Notes under the pieces: generated by a model
Database searches by the model: none
What the model saw: the letters and a program-made list of their open reading frames with translations, nothing else
What the model was told of the DNA's origin: nothing
Part shown: piece by piece, positions 45,600-58,283 of the stretch
Position numbering within the stretch: the stretch's first letter is position 1
How the letters are laid out: every line of letters starts with the position of its first letter
Made by a program: the position numbers and the translations under genes
DNA from: Candidatus Uhrbacteria bacterium
GTDB lineage: Bacteria; Patescibacteriota; Patescibacteriia; UBA9934; GWF2-40-263
DNA length: 64,000 nt
Reading direction: 5' to 3'
Assembly (NCBI GenBank): GCA_013204385.1
Contig: JABMNY010000003.1
Location: 14,270 to 78,269, forward strand

Positions 45600-46604
45600 T
45601 TATTGCTTCGCAATATAAAGCGCCATGTCGACGAGGCGCTGAGTATACCCCCATTCGTTGTCATACCATGCAAGAATTTTCACAAGATCTCCATCCACAA
45701 CACGTGTCATCCCAAGATCCACAACCGCCCCAAATGGCGACCCAATAAAATCTGATGAAACGAGTGGTTCATTCGTCACATCAATAATCCCTTTCCATCG
45801 CTTTGAACGCGCAGCTGTTTTAAAAAGTGTATTCAGTTCTTCAACGCTCGTCTTGCGCTTCATCACGAATGTAAAGTCCGTAAGAGAAACATCAAGTGTT
45901 GGAACACGTACAGAGATTCCATCAAACTTATCTTTCAAGGATGGAATTACTTGTGTTGTTGCTTTTGCAGCTCCTGTGCTTGTAGGAATAATATTCACAA
46001 GCGCAGAACGACCAATTCTCAAGTCTGTCTTCTTACTCGGAAGTCCATCAACAATATTTTCACTCGCAGTCACAGAATGAATCGTGGTAAGCATTGCTTT
46101 TTGAATCCCAATCGCTTCTGTCAAAATCTGCGCAATAGGTGCTGCTGAATTTGTTGTGCATGAAGCATTGTTCACAACGTCCTGTGATTTTTTACATGTT
46201 GTATGATTCACCCCCATTAAAAATGTTGGAGCATCGTCCGACGGAGCAGAAATCACAACGCGCTTTGCCCCCGCTTCAATATGTTTGCGTGCATCCGCTT
46301 CTTTTCGAAAAAAGCCTGTAGACTCAATCACTACATCGATCTTGAGTTCTTTCCAGGGAAGTAGACTTGGATCTTTCTGTGCATAGATTGGAATCTTCAC
46401 TCCATCCACTTGAATAAAGTCCTTTCCGGCTTTGACCGTCTTCCCCCATGTACGAAACACCGAGTCATATTTTAAAAGATAAGAAAGTGTCTCTGGATCA
46501 GTAAGGTCGTTGATCGCAACGACTTGAACCCCTTTTCGCTCACTCATGGCACGGAGTGTTGATCGACCAATCCGACCAAACCCATTAATTGCAATTCGTA
46601 TCAT
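45600..46604 (-). CDS. gap: Glyceraldehyde-3-phosphate dehydrogenase
   Basis: INGFGRIGR, NASCTTN, PTSTGAAKA, WYDNEWGY. Confidence 0.97.
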   Translation of the reverse strand: MIRIAINGFGRIGRSTLRAMSERKGVQVVAINDLTDPETLSYLLKYDSVFRTWGKTVKAGKDFIQVDGVKIPIYAQKDPSLLPWKELKIDVVIESTGFFRKEADARKHIEAGAKRVVISAPSDDAPTFLMGVNHTTCKKSQDVVNNASCTTNSAAPIAQILTEAIGIQKAMLTTIHSVTASENIVDGLPSKKTDLRIGRSALVNIIPTSTGAAKATTQVIPSLKDKFDGISVRVPTLDVSLTDFTFVMKRKTSVEELNTLFKTAARSKRWKGIIDVTNEPLVSSDFIGSPFGAVVDLGMTRVVDGDLVKILAWYDNEWGYTQRLVDMALYIAKQ

Positions 46605-46650
46605 AGAAAAATGAAATGATTATCGTCAGTATTTTATCACTCTTTGCTCG

Positions 46651-46686
46651 AAACAAAAAACAGGGTCGGAACCCTGTTTTTTGTTT
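46651..46686. terminator. Terminator after tsf
   Basis: aaacaaaaaacagggt-cgga-accctgttttttgttt. Confidence 0.75.
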
Positions 46687-47272
46687 AGATATTGAATCGG
46701 GCGAAACGACGAATTGAAATGTTTTCTCCGATACTCGCAATTTTGGATTTTACATACTCATCAATGGTCTGATCTTCATCTTTGATGAATGATTGTTCAA
46801 GAAGAACTATCTCAGAATACCATTTATTCAGCTTCCCTTCGACAATCTTTGCGATAACATCTGAAGGTTTTGCTTGATTCTCCATCTCCTTAGTAAAGAT
46901 CTCCATCTCTTTTTCAACGAGATCCATTGGAACATCTTCACGCTTGAGGTAGAGCGGTTCTGTAGCACTAATGTGCATCGCGACATCGTTACAGAAATCG
47001 ATGAATGCTTCATTGCGCGCAACAAAATCTGTTTCGCACAAGATTTCTACCATCGCTCCCAGTTTTCCATTCGAATGGATGTATGCATGCACACGACCTT
47101 CATTGGTTTCTCGTGAGGATTTCTTTGCTGCCTTCACCATCCCCTTCTCACGAAGAAGTTGGGAGGCTTTCTCTAAATCTCCTGTGGCTTCTTCCAAAGC
47201 TTTCTTGGCATCCATCATGCCAGCACCCGTCATAGATCGAAGCTCTGCGACGAGTTTTGCGTCAATACTCAT
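46685..47272 (-). CDS. tsf: Elongation factor Ts (short form)
   Basis: LRSMTGAGMMDAKKAL, CETDFVARN. Confidence 0.96.
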   Translation of the reverse strand: MSIDAKLVAELRSMTGAGMMDAKKALEEATGDLEKASQLLREKGMVKAAKKSSRETNEGRVHAYIHSNGKLGAMVEILCETDFVARNEAFIDFCNDVAMHISATEPLYLKREDVPMDLVEKEMEIFTKEMENQAKPSDVIAKIVEGKLNKWYSEIVLLEQSFIKDEDQTIDEYVKSKIASIGENISIRRFARFNI

Positions 47273-47293
47273 AGGCTAAAGAACAGTTAGATG

Positions 47294-48040
47294 TTAGGAA
47301 GTTGTTTCTACTTTTTTGATTGTTTTTGCACGTGTATCCGCTGCAACTTTTGCGGCAGATGCTTTTCCGTCCTTAATCGCGTCACATACAAGCTTCAAGA
47401 TGAGCTCAATAGATTTTACCGCATCATCATTCCCTGGAATGACTTTTGCAACACCGTCAGGATTAACGTTTGTGTCACACAACGCAATAACAGGAATCCC
47501 AGTCACGTTTGCTTCTTTCAGCGCTGTCTTTTCTGTTTTAATATCGATGATAAAAATAGCATCTGGAGTCCGGGTAATATTTTCAATTCCCCCAAACTTC
47601 TCTTCCATTTCAACAATCTCTCGAGAGATCATGAGACGCTCTTTCTTTGTGTATTTCTTGAGCTCTCCCTTATCGCGCTGATCTTTCAACATCTTCATGC
47701 GCTTCAATGTCTGTTTGATTTGCACGAAGTTTGTCAGGGTTCCCCCAAGCCATCGATTGATGACGAATGGCATTCCACATGCTTCTGCATATTTCTGCAC
47801 AGGAGCTTTTGCCTGAAGCTTTGTGCCAATAAACAAGATGACTCCCCCACGAGAAGCAATCCCTCTTAGTGTTTCAAGCGCATCCTCAAGATACACCTGA
47901 GTCTTTTCTAAATTGATAATGTGGACACCCTGTCGAGCCCCAAAAATGAACTGTCTCATCTTAGGATGCCAGCGGGATGTTGAGTGACCAAAGTGCATGC
48001 CGGATTTCAGCATGTCTGTGAGCGAAGGCATATTTGCCAT
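47294..48040 (-). CDS. rpsB: 30S ribosomal protein S2
   Basis: GMHFGH...WHPKM, RWLGGTLTNF, PGNDDA. Confidence 0.97.
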   Translation of the reverse strand: MANMPSLTDMLKSGMHFGHSTSRWHPKMRQFIFGARQGVHIINLEKTQVYLEDALETLRGIASRGGVILFIGTKLQAKAPVQKYAEACGMPFVINRWLGGTLTNFVQIKQTLKRMKMLKDQRDKGELKKYTKKERLMISREIVEMEEKFGGIENITRTPDAIFIIDIKTEKTALKEANVTGIPVIALCDTNVNPDGVAKVIPGNDDAVKSIELILKLVCDAIKDGKASAAKVAADTRAKTIKKVETTS

Positions 48041-48044
48041 AGTT

Positions 48045-48206
48045 TTTCTCCTTTTTTACCCGCCATAACTCCAAAAGAGTGCTGGTAGGTTACGTCAATG
48101 GCGATTACCAGGCCCCAAAATCATTGGGGAGGATCTGGATCATCGTAATTCCATCTGTTGGGTTAATTACGGGCAGAAGTATAAACAATCACCTCTCGTA
48201 CGTCAA
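48045..48206 (-). promoter_or_regulatory. rpsB promoter and structured leader (possible S2 autoregulatory RNA)
   Basis: TTGACG-17-TATACT at 48178-48206; about 130-nt leader with hairpins and cccg...cggg pairing. Confidence 0.5.
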
Positions 48207-48299
48207 TGTTTACCTCATCATTAATTGACAAATAATGGTCGAATTGCTATTCTCCAGCCGTCAAAACTAATCATGTACGTATACAAGCGTGCACCTACT

Positions 48300-48593
48300 A
48301 TGAAGAAAGATATCCACCCAAATTACACCGCTCAAGCAACGATCACCTGTGCGTGTGGACAAGAGTACACGATTGGATCAACACAAGCAGCCCTTCAAAC
48401 AGAGCTCTGTTCCGCTTGTCACCCATTCTACACAGGAAAGCAAAAGATCATGGATACGGCACGTCGCGTAGAAAAGTTCGAAGAACGAGCTTCTTTGCAA
48501 ACCGATGATAAGACTGGAAAAAAGGCAAAAGCAGAAAAGCGTAGTAAGCAGAAAATCACAAAGCGTGAAGAGAAAGAAAAGTCTGAAGCTTAA
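48300..48593 (+). CDS. rpmE: 50S ribosomal protein L31 (Zn-binding type)
   Basis: [24 protein letters not shown]; TTGACA-17-TATTCT promoter at 48225. Confidence 0.95.
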   Translation: MKKDIHPNYTAQATITCACGQEYTIGSTQAALQTELCSACHPFYTGKQKIMDTARRVEKFEERASLQTDDKTGKKAKAEKRSKQKITKREEKEKSEA

Positions 48594-48678
48594 CCGCAAT
48601 GAGAAAAGCGTTCTTCGAGTCTGGAAGAACGCTTTTTTATTAGCTACACTATTAAGAGCATAAAAAGGCTCTAACACT

Positions 48679-49752
48679 ATGAACCTCATCCAACAACTCA
48701 TCACCCGAAGGGAACACATGAGAGAACTTGAAACTCAGATGGCAAGTTCTGAGGTGCTTTCGGACCCACAAAAAATTCGTGAAGTCCACGAAACGTATGC
48801 ACGCGAAAAAGAAGTTGTTGAAATTGGCGACCGCTACGAAAAAGCCATGTCTAACCTAGAGCAATCAAAGGAGACGATCGCAACTTCCAAAGACGCTGAT
48901 TTGCTTACACTCGCCGAACAGGAGATTGAAGAGATTAAAATGGCCCTTCCCCTCCTCGAACACGAACTCACTGTCGCACTCATTCCACCAGACCCCATGG
49001 ATAAAAAGAATGTGATCATCGAAATTCGTGCGGGAGCAGGTGGAGATGAGTCATCTTTGTTTGCCGCTGAGCTCATGCGTTCATACATGATGTACGCAGA
49101 GACACACGGATGGAAGGCAGAACTTGTATCCGCAAGCAGAAGTGATGTTGGAGGATTCAAAGAAGCGATCATGGAAATCAAGGGGGCAAATGCCTATAGC
49201 CGACTTAAATTTGAAAGTGGCGTTCATCGTGTTCAGCGTGTTCCTGAAACGGAGAAGCAAGGACGAGTCCACACATCCACCATCACGGTCGCAATTATGC
49301 CTGAAGCAGAAGAAGTCGATATCCGGATTGAACCACAAGACCTGAAGATTGAAGCAACAACCTCCACAGGTGCAGGAGGACAAAGCGTAAATACCACCTA
49401 TTCAGCTGTGCGTATTACCCATCTTCCAACAGGAGTCATGGTGTACTGCCAAGAAGAGCGCTCTCAAAAACAAAACAAGGAGCGAGCCCTCTCTATTATT
49501 CGATCACGCGTATACGCAATGGAACAAGAACGCTTACGTAAAGAACGTGATGATAAACGCCGAGGACAGATTGGGACAGGAGACCGTTCAGAAAAAATTC
49601 GTACCTACAATTTTCCTCAAGACAGAATCACAGATCATCGCGTTAATGAAAACTTTCACAATATTCCAGGAATCATGAATGGAAATCTGGACGAGATTAT
49701 TGACTCTCTCAAGCGTACAGAAATTGAAGAACGTCTAAGTGAGCTTGTCTAA
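48679..49752 (+). CDS. prfA: Peptide chain release factor 1
   Basis: EIRAGAGGDE, GVHRVQRVPETE (PxT motif), GAGGQSVNTT, IRTYNFPQ. Confidence 0.95.
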   Translation: MNLIQQLITRREHMRELETQMASSEVLSDPQKIREVHETYAREKEVVEIGDRYEKAMSNLEQSKETIATSKDADLLTLAEQEIEEIKMALPLLEHELTVALIPPDPMDKKNVIIEIRAGAGGDESSLFAAELMRSYMMYAETHGWKAELVSASRSDVGGFKEAIMEIKGANAYSRLKFESGVHRVQRVPETEKQGRVHTSTITVAIMPEAEEVDIRIEPQDLKIEATTSTGAGGQSVNTTYSAVRITHLPTGVMVYCQEERSQKQNKERALSIIRSRVYAMEQERLRKERDDKRRGQIGTGDRSEKIRTYNFPQDRITDHRVNENFHNIPGIMNGNLDEIIDSLKRTEIEERLSELV

Positions 49753-49757
49753 TCCGT

Positions 49758-50411
49758 ATGCAAGCCGTCATTCTCGCAGCAGGCAAAGGAGCTCGCCTTC
49801 GTCCGCTCACAGACACTGTTCCAAAACCATTGATTCTAATCGGACAAAAACCATTACTCCTGCATGTTCTTGAGGTACTTCCAGACGCGATCGATGAAAT
49901 TTTTATCGTCGTCAATCATTTACAACAACAGATCATAGAAACCATCGGGCCTGTATGGAAGAACATTCCTGTAACGTATATTTTTCAAGAATCCTTAGAC
50001 GGAACTGCAGGAGCGCTGACCCATGTAAAAGAGCATCTTTCAAACTCATTTCTCGTCTTGAATGCCGATAATCTTTACGCTAAGGCAGATCTTGAACAAC
50101 TCATCGACCACAAATGGTCGATCCTTGTTTCACCACTGAATCACACATTGAAGGCTGCAGCACAAGACCAAGAACAGAGATTCACAGGACTCGGGCCCGG
50201 CAATCTTGCTGTGTGTGGAGCATATGTTCTTGGAATGGATTTTTTTAATGCGCCTCTTGTGGAAATTCAAGTCCAAACGCATCATGAATTCGGATTACCA
50301 CAAACACTTGCAACGACAACAGATCAACATACAATACACACCATTCACGCAACATTCTGGCACCAAGTTGGTACCCATGAAGAGTTAGATCGCGCACGAT
50401 TACTCGTATGA
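49758..50411 (+). CDS. NTP-transferase (sugar-phosphate nucleotidyltransferase family)
   Basis: AVILAAGKGARLRPLT...PKPL, GTAGAL, LNAD motifs. Confidence 0.85.
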   Translation: MQAVILAAGKGARLRPLTDTVPKPLILIGQKPLLLHVLEVLPDAIDEIFIVVNHLQQQIIETIGPVWKNIPVTYIFQESLDGTAGALTHVKEHLSNSFLVLNADNLYAKADLEQLIDHKWSILVSPLNHTLKAAAQDQEQRFTGLGPGNLAVCGAYVLGMDFFNAPLVEIQVQTHHEFGLPQTLATTTDQHTIHTIHATFWHQVGTHEELDRARLLV

Positions 50412-51319
50412 CCATCATGGAGGCTCTTCAATGGGCAAACAATAAACTCCGCAAAGCCGATGTCGACTCTCCTATGCTCGACGCGGAGATTTTACTTGCC
50501 CATACACTGGACACTTCGAAAGCATGGCTCTTCTCTCATTTTGCAGACACATTAAAAACCCATCAGCAAGAGCAATTTTCTGAACTGGTTGATCTACGAG
50601 AAAAACGAGAACCGATCGCGTATCTCGTAAAGAAAAAGGCATTTTACGGACGGGATTTTCATGTCAATAAAAACGTTCTCATTCCAAGACCAGAAACCGA
50701 AACACTGATTGAGCTTGCAATCACCCTCCTTGATGAGACGGACCCAGAACGCACACTGCTCGTAGACATCGGAACAGGTTCCGGAGCAATCGCTGTGACG
50801 CTCGCTGTGGAAACATCCCTTCCCGTCATCGCAATCGATATAGACGAAGCTGCGCTTCAAACCGCAAAGAAGAACGCAGAACTCCTTGCCCCAGATACGG
50901 CAGTGGATTTTCAACAAGGAAATCTCGCCGAACCACTTATCCGTATATTCAAAACCATTCGAGGGCAAACAAACGTACAAACCTCTTCCATTTATCCATT
51001 TAAAACGCTCCTCATCACTGCCAACCTTCCGTATATTCCAGAGTCTCGTATGGAACGCCTTCAACCAGAAGTCCGTGACTTTGAACCACGTCTGGCGCTC
51101 GCCGCCGGAGCAGATGGACTAGACGCGTACTGGGAACTCTTTCGTCAACTGCGTGCGGATAGAAAAATTCTTCCGCGTGAATGCACAGTCTTAATCGAAA
51201 TGGATCCAGAACAACGACACTCCTGCGAAAAACTCATCCTCCACAATTTCGCGCAAGCAACCCTCACCACCCACAAAGACCTCCGAGGCGACGACCGCGT
51301 CATCGAAGTACATATCTAA
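50408..51319 (+). CDS. prmC: Release factor glutamine methyltransferase
   Basis: VLIPRPETE, DIGTGSGAI, ANLPY, EPRLAL. Confidence 0.92.
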   Translation: MTIMEALQWANNKLRKADVDSPMLDAEILLAHTLDTSKAWLFSHFADTLKTHQQEQFSELVDLREKREPIAYLVKKKAFYGRDFHVNKNVLIPRPETETLIELAITLLDETDPERTLLVDIGTGSGAIAVTLAVETSLPVIAIDIDEAALQTAKKNAELLAPDTAVDFQQGNLAEPLIRIFKTIRGQTNVQTSSIYPFKTLLITANLPYIPESRMERLQPEVRDFEPRLALAAGADGLDAYWELFRQLRADRKILPRECTVLIEMDPEQRHSCEKLILHNFAQATLTTHKDLRGDDRVIEVHI

Positions 51320-51345
51320 AAACTGACCACACGGTCAGTTTTTTG

Positions 51346-52416
51346 TTACTTGATAATCACATCCTCTTCATCTCCCACAATCTCGATCCAAGTCTTACCT
51401 GCGTTCATGATAATCTCTTCCCCAGTCTCTCGATCGTAGAACTTTAGACGTTCTGACTTGGAAGGTTTTCTCCATGTTGCTTCTATGACGTTCCCGTCTT
51501 GAAACACATACCCTTCTCCTTCCCCCGTTGTACGAATTGCCCGACGTCCTACAGCGTCGATTACACTCACATCCGTAAGCACAAGAGCAACGTTATCCGC
51601 TGTGAGTTGCGCTCCTGATTCTACAAGGTGTGGATCTAGATACTGTGAACGTTCATATTGGTTTGTTTCTGTGTTGTATACCCAATCAACGACATATACA
51701 GGCGGAAGAAAATCAATATGCAGTCCTAACCCCTCTGACCCAGATGGACTTGGATTCTTAAATTCCCAAAGATCATATAACCGCGTTGGAACAACTCCAG
51801 CTTCCGCTCGAACCGTATAAAATTCATTTAAATAGTCTGAAGAGGTATACACATTATGTGGAGCGTATCGATTGGTTGATCGCCAAAAATATTGCCCCCA
51901 CCAGTACTGGTTCATATCAAACGTGTCACCAGAAGCAATAAGATCAAGCGCCTCGTTTGATCCTCCCACATGCACGTACTGCGCATCAAATTCATTTGCC
52001 CAATCAAGAAAATACGGTCGTGCAGATCGGACAGGTCCAATTTTTTCTATTTCCACTTCCTGTGTAAAAAATGCTTCCATGCGAGACATTCCAGCCTCAA
52101 CAGGAGCCTCGATCACAAGAAAGGCCTGATCAATCCCAGCGGGTGGCCAAGCATCTGAATGATTATCAATCATCACGGCAAATACCTGAGGAAGATCCAT
52201 GGCTTCATTCAACGCCATTCCCGTAAGCGGATGACGATATAAAACTTCTTCGTATAACTCCTGTGAGAGCGTTTGTTGTTCTTGAGATCTATAAATAAAT
52301 CTTGGAAACACGGCGGCGACCAATACAACAAGACCCAAGATAACAAGAAGACCGACCAGCAACGGCTGATCGGTCTTTTTCATTCTAATCTGTTCTTTTT
52401 TTTGACTCTCTAACAT
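51346..52416 (-). CDS. DUF3048 (YerB-like) membrane-anchored protein
   Basis: VMIDN, IGPVRSARPYF, HVGGS, APHNVY, GKTWIEIV. Confidence 0.82.
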   Translation of the reverse strand: MLESQKKEQIRMKKTDQPLLVGLLVILGLVVLVAAVFPRFIYRSQEQQTLSQELYEEVLYRHPLTGMALNEAMDLPQVFAVMIDNHSDAWPPAGIDQAFLVIEAPVEAGMSRMEAFFTQEVEIEKIGPVRSARPYFLDWANEFDAQYVHVGGSNEALDLIASGDTFDMNQYWWGQYFWRSTNRYAPHNVYTSSDYLNEFYTVRAEAGVVPTRLYDLWEFKNPSPSGSEGLGLHIDFLPPVYVVDWVYNTETNQYERSQYLDPHLVESGAQLTADNVALVLTDVSVIDAVGRRAIRTTGEGEGYVFQDGNVIEATWRKPSKSERLKFYDRETGEEIIMNAGKTWIEIVGDEEDVIIK

Positions 52417-52428
52417 GCAGGATTGATG

Positions 52429-53106
52429 TTATTTTTTGGCTTCCTCTGTTGGTTCTTCTCCATCCTCTGATTCCTTCTTCTCTCCAACAGTCTCAACAGC
52501 AGTGACGTCTGCGTCTACCGCTGAATCAAGAGCTTCCATTTCCTCATCTGTTCGTGGAGCAGATACAGAGGCAATTGTCAGATCTCCTTCATCGAGCACC
52601 ATCACACCTTCTGGGATATCTAAGTCTGAAACACGAATCACATCATCGAGTGTTACCAGCTTACTAATATCTACAGATAATGAGCGTAACAACTTTGAAG
52701 GCAGACAACGCACAGAGATTGATGAATGTGTGAGAACAAGTGTTCCTCCCAATCCTTTGACGGCTGGTGACACTCCTTCGATCACAAGGTCCACTTCTGT
52801 TTCAATCTCCTTGTTCATATCAATAGAACGGAAATCCACATGTGTCACTTCATCTCGAAGAGGATCAACTTGATAATCTTGGATCAGAACATGCAACGCT
52901 GTTTCTCCGTCTACCTTCAACTCAACAATGGAGCTTTCTCCAGCTGCCTTATAGGTCTTTACGAACTGGATACGATCCAATGTAATCATTTGAGGCTCTG
53001 TTCCGATCCCATAGACAACAGCTGGGACAGCACCTTCCGCTCGTAAAACGTTTGTTTTACGCCCTTTTTCTGTTCGTGTTTTTGCTTCGAGGATATTCTC
53101 GCTCAT
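52429..53106 (-). CDS. rplY: 50S ribosomal protein L25/Ctc
   Basis: LRAEGAVPAVVYG, QVDP...HVDF. Confidence 0.93.
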   Translation of the reverse strand: MSENILEAKTRTEKGRKTNVLRAEGAVPAVVYGIGTEPQMITLDRIQFVKTYKAAGESSIVELKVDGETALHVLIQDYQVDPLRDEVTHVDFRSIDMNKEIETEVDLVIEGVSPAVKGLGGTLVLTHSSISVRCLPSKLLRSLSVDISKLVTLDDVIRVSDLDIPEGVMVLDEGDLTIASVSAPRTDEEMEALDSAVDADVTAVETVGEKKESEDGEEPTEEAKK

Positions 53107-53171
53107 AAAAAATCAGGATAATTCGGGGATATTGTGCTCGACTCCTCTCAAAAAGTCAAGCGACTCGCATC

Positions 53172-53591
53172 TTAGCGGGTCGCTTGATTTTTTTGTTCCT
53201 TTTTTTCGCGCTGTTGTCGCTTTTTTTGTACGTGTTGGATTTGTTCTTGCGAGGCTCTTCCAAGCTGATCCTCCCAGTGATTGGTTTCAAACGCAGAATG
53301 AACGTCCATAACATCATCAATTGTCACAGATCGAGCAGTTTTCAGTCGAAGAACATCCTCATAGGAAAGATCTGTGAGTAAGCCCACAGAGCTGGCTCCC
53401 ACTCGATTTACCAGAACAAGCGCAAGGATAGAATGTTCACACTTACGGCATTGCACATGGAGGAGATGTGTCTCACCTTCTTGCTCGAGAATCCGAGCCT
53501 CCATTGGATTGTACCGCGTGTCACAAACGGGACAAAAAGAAACGAGCTTGAGTCCCTCGTTCCACAGCTCCGAACCGAGCGTTGAAGACAT
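53172..53591 (-). CDS. Hypothetical Zn-ribbon protein
   Basis: CPVC...CRKC; GLLTDL...IDDVMDVH. Confidence 0.65.
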   Translation of the reverse strand: MSSTLGSELWNEGLKLVSFCPVCDTRYNPMEARILEQEGETHLLHVQCRKCEHSILALVLVNRVGASSVGLLTDLSYEDVLRLKTARSVTIDDVMDVHSAFETNHWEDQLGRASQEQIQHVQKKRQQREKKEQKNQATR

Positions 53592-53646
53592 ATGGTTGAT
53601 ATTATTTTCCCTTTACTGACACGATAACACACCTCTACCCCTGTGA

Positions 53647-54765
53647 CTACTTTCGTTGTCTCATCGCGATACTTTGCGAGAATGCAAATAACGCAAGCAT
53701 CACAACGAGAGACGATCCTCCATAACTCACAAAAGGAAGTCCAATCCCCGTCACTGGAAACAATCCTAAGTTCATTCCCACATTTACGAGAAATTGAAGG
53801 AAAAACACGGCAACAATTCCAAACGCAAGATACGCTGTAAAATCGTCGCTTGCCTGTGAACCTTGTTTAATCAGACGATAAAACACGAGACCAAATGCAA
53901 TACACAAAAAAATCGCTCCAAAAAAACCAAGTTCCTCTGCAATAACCGCAAAAATGAAATCCGTCTGACTTTCTGGAAGAAACTTTAATTGACTCTGTGT
54001 TCCAAATCCCAAACCACTTCCAAACCATCCTCCAGATCCTACCGCAATGATCGCTTGCGTCACGTTATACCCCTGCCCCAATGGATCAAGACTCGGATCC
54101 AAAAACGTCAAAATACGCGCACGTTGATAATCGGCAAAAAAGAAATTCCAACTGAGAACAAAAAACACCACTCCAGCAAAGATAAGCGAAATAATATAAC
54201 GCCAAGGAATTCCTGCGTACAGCATGGCAAACCCCCAGATCCCCATCAAAATCGAAGCCGATCCAAAGTCTGGTTGAAGCATGACGAGAAAAACGGGAAT
54301 ACCAGTAATACATCCACTTTCAATAAATGCACGCAAATCAAAGCGTCGTTTCCCACGCCTGGCAAAATAGGTCGCAAGCGCAATGAGAAGACCAATCTTC
54401 ATGAACTCCACTGGCTGAAAACTGACTGGTCCGATCACATACCATCCCGTTGCTCCTCGGATCGTCTCACCGAGCACGAGTACTCCAATAAGCAGTAGAC
54501 AACAGAGTGCGTACAAAATCAGTGCGTAATTTTGTAGCAGACGATAATTCGACGGAGCGAGAAACAAAAAGACACCGATTCCAATTATCAATGCGACAAG
54601 CTGTTTTTTAACATGTAAAAATTGGGCTGCATCTTGCGAAAGCTCAACAGAGTAAATTGCCGCAAGACCCAAGAGAATCAGTCCAAAAACAGCCAATAAA
54701 AGAATCCAATCCATTCCCCGCATCAGGCGAAAGAATCGAAAAACATAATTTTGAATACGAGCCAT
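53647..54765 (-). CDS. rodA: SEDS peptidoglycan polymerase RodA
   Basis: FQPVEFMK, QPDFGS, GSGGWFG, LPESQTDFIFAVIAEE, PVTGIGLPFVSYGGSS. Confidence 0.9.
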   Translation of the reverse strand: MARIQNYVFRFFRLMRGMDWILLLAVFGLILLGLAAIYSVELSQDAAQFLHVKKQLVALIIGIGVFLFLAPSNYRLLQNYALILYALCCLLLIGVLVLGETIRGATGWYVIGPVSFQPVEFMKIGLLIALATYFARRGKRRFDLRAFIESGCITGIPVFLVMLQPDFGSASILMGIWGFAMLYAGIPWRYIISLIFAGVVFFVLSWNFFFADYQRARILTFLDPSLDPLGQGYNVTQAIIAVGSGGWFGSGLGFGTQSQLKFLPESQTDFIFAVIAEELGFFGAIFLCIAFGLVFYRLIKQGSQASDDFTAYLAFGIVAVFFLQFLVNVGMNLGLFPVTGIGLPFVSYGGSSLVVMLALFAFSQSIAMRQRK

Positions 54766-54783
54766 GTCGATGAAGGTCTAATG

Positions 54784-55704
54784 TTAGCGAAATGCGCGAG
54801 TGCGCGTATCACGTGTCGTCTCCCCCACCAAAGGTTTATACACCCCCACATCAAAAATGTTGAGTTCTGGAATCACAACAACTTGTGTCGCCGAAGGAAG
54901 TGTTCCAAACCAATTAACTGTCACCTCCACTTCTTCCCCTGTCACAATCTGGGAAAGCGTTGTGCGATTCACCCCAACAACAGATGAACCACGCATTAAC
55001 AAAACATATAATCCAACATCGTAATAACTGAATGCCGTATCATTTGCCACGGTAAATGTTGTGCGACCGTACACCTCACCATCAAATCGGGTTTCTTTTT
55101 CAAACAAGGCGTCCTCAATCACAAGATTCAAACGATCTAAAGACCATGTTTCATAATTTGAAATCAAATGATGATCAACTCGATGCCACTGAATATTTTC
55201 AAGAACAAGCTTTGCTGAAGAAATAGGCACGCTGGATTCGATCGCAAGTTCTGAAAGTGGCTTTTCTTGACCTGGAAGAATGAATCCCTTTTGTGTTTGC
55301 GACTCTCCTTCTGAGAGCGTAAATGTATAGTCAAACTCTGCCCACCAATCTGCATTTGGATTCAAGAGTTCAGTATAAAGATCATATCGACTACTTCCAA
55401 TCGAAATGACACGCACATCATTTTGCTCAAGATCATCGGCGGCGTTCGCGACGGTGTACCCACGAAGATCTTCTTGCCCGAATGCAACCATCTGCATCAC
55501 AATTCTTTCCTCTGCCCCATACTTGATCGCAAACGCATTCAAAAGATGCCATCCAGCAAACAAAAGGAGTACTGCATCAAACGCAATGAACAATGCATAT
55601 CCAATCCGCCTTAACGAATCTCGATGTTCGACCCACCACAAGGATAAACGATACATCCGCTTAAATTCTTTTTCTTCCTCAAGAAGAAGCCCTCCTTCAT
55701 TCAT
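54784..55704 (-). CDS. Hypothetical membrane-anchored protein with Ig-like beta domains
   Basis: TM helix then two beta-rich repeats (NPNADW, VANDTAF); start uncertain. Confidence 0.6.
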   Translation of the reverse strand: MNEGGLLLEEEKEFKRMYRLSLWWVEHRDSLRRIGYALFIAFDAVLLLFAGWHLLNAFAIKYGAEERIVMQMVAFGQEDLRGYTVANAADDLEQNDVRVISIGSSRYDLYTELLNPNADWWAEFDYTFTLSEGESQTQKGFILPGQEKPLSELAIESSVPISSAKLVLENIQWHRVDHHLISNYETWSLDRLNLVIEDALFEKETRFDGEVYGRTTFTVANDTAFSYYDVGLYVLLMRGSSVVGVNRTTLSQIVTGEEVEVTVNWFGTLPSATQVVVIPELNIFDVGVYKPLVGETTRDTRTRAFR

Positions 55705-55805
55705 ATACAAAAAGTATACCATGATCAACTCATTGCGTGAGAGCTTGGCTTCTTCCAAATTCCTTCCCATTCCTGTAAGGTAGTACCGAAATTGATGACC
55801 TGTGA

Positions 55806-57911
<2,106 letters not shown>

Positions 57912-58054
57912 AAGAACAGGCCCATTTGGGTCTGTTTTACTTATCCCCTCTCTATATTTTGTTAAACAAGCATTGCCCATTGCCAAACCCTCTAACATGG
58001 GGTATATTCTTCTCATCAGCCCCCACCAGGGGGTTTTAAGATACTTTATTCTCT

Positions 58055-58279
58055 ATGTCCACCACTACCAAAAAGAAAGAGAATCCTATTCAGTGGCTTT
58101 GGCGCTACTTGAATGAGTCTCGCGAAGAACTTCGTAAAGTCACCTGGCCAACTCAAAAAGAAACAACCAAATACTCGTTGATTGTGATTGTGTTGTGTCT
58201 CGCACTCGCCTTATTTTTTGGAGGTCTTGATTACCTCTTAAACTTAGGTCTCGAGTGGTTAATTAGTGTCACCAATTAA
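58055..58279 (+). CDS. secE: Preprotein translocase subunit SecE
   Basis: ELRKVTWP motif plus one TM; upstream of nusG. Confidence 0.93.
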   Translation: MSTTTKKKENPIQWLWRYLNESREELRKVTWPTQKETTKYSLIVIVLCLALALFFGGLDYLLNLGLEWLISVTN

Positions 58280-58283
58280 TTCT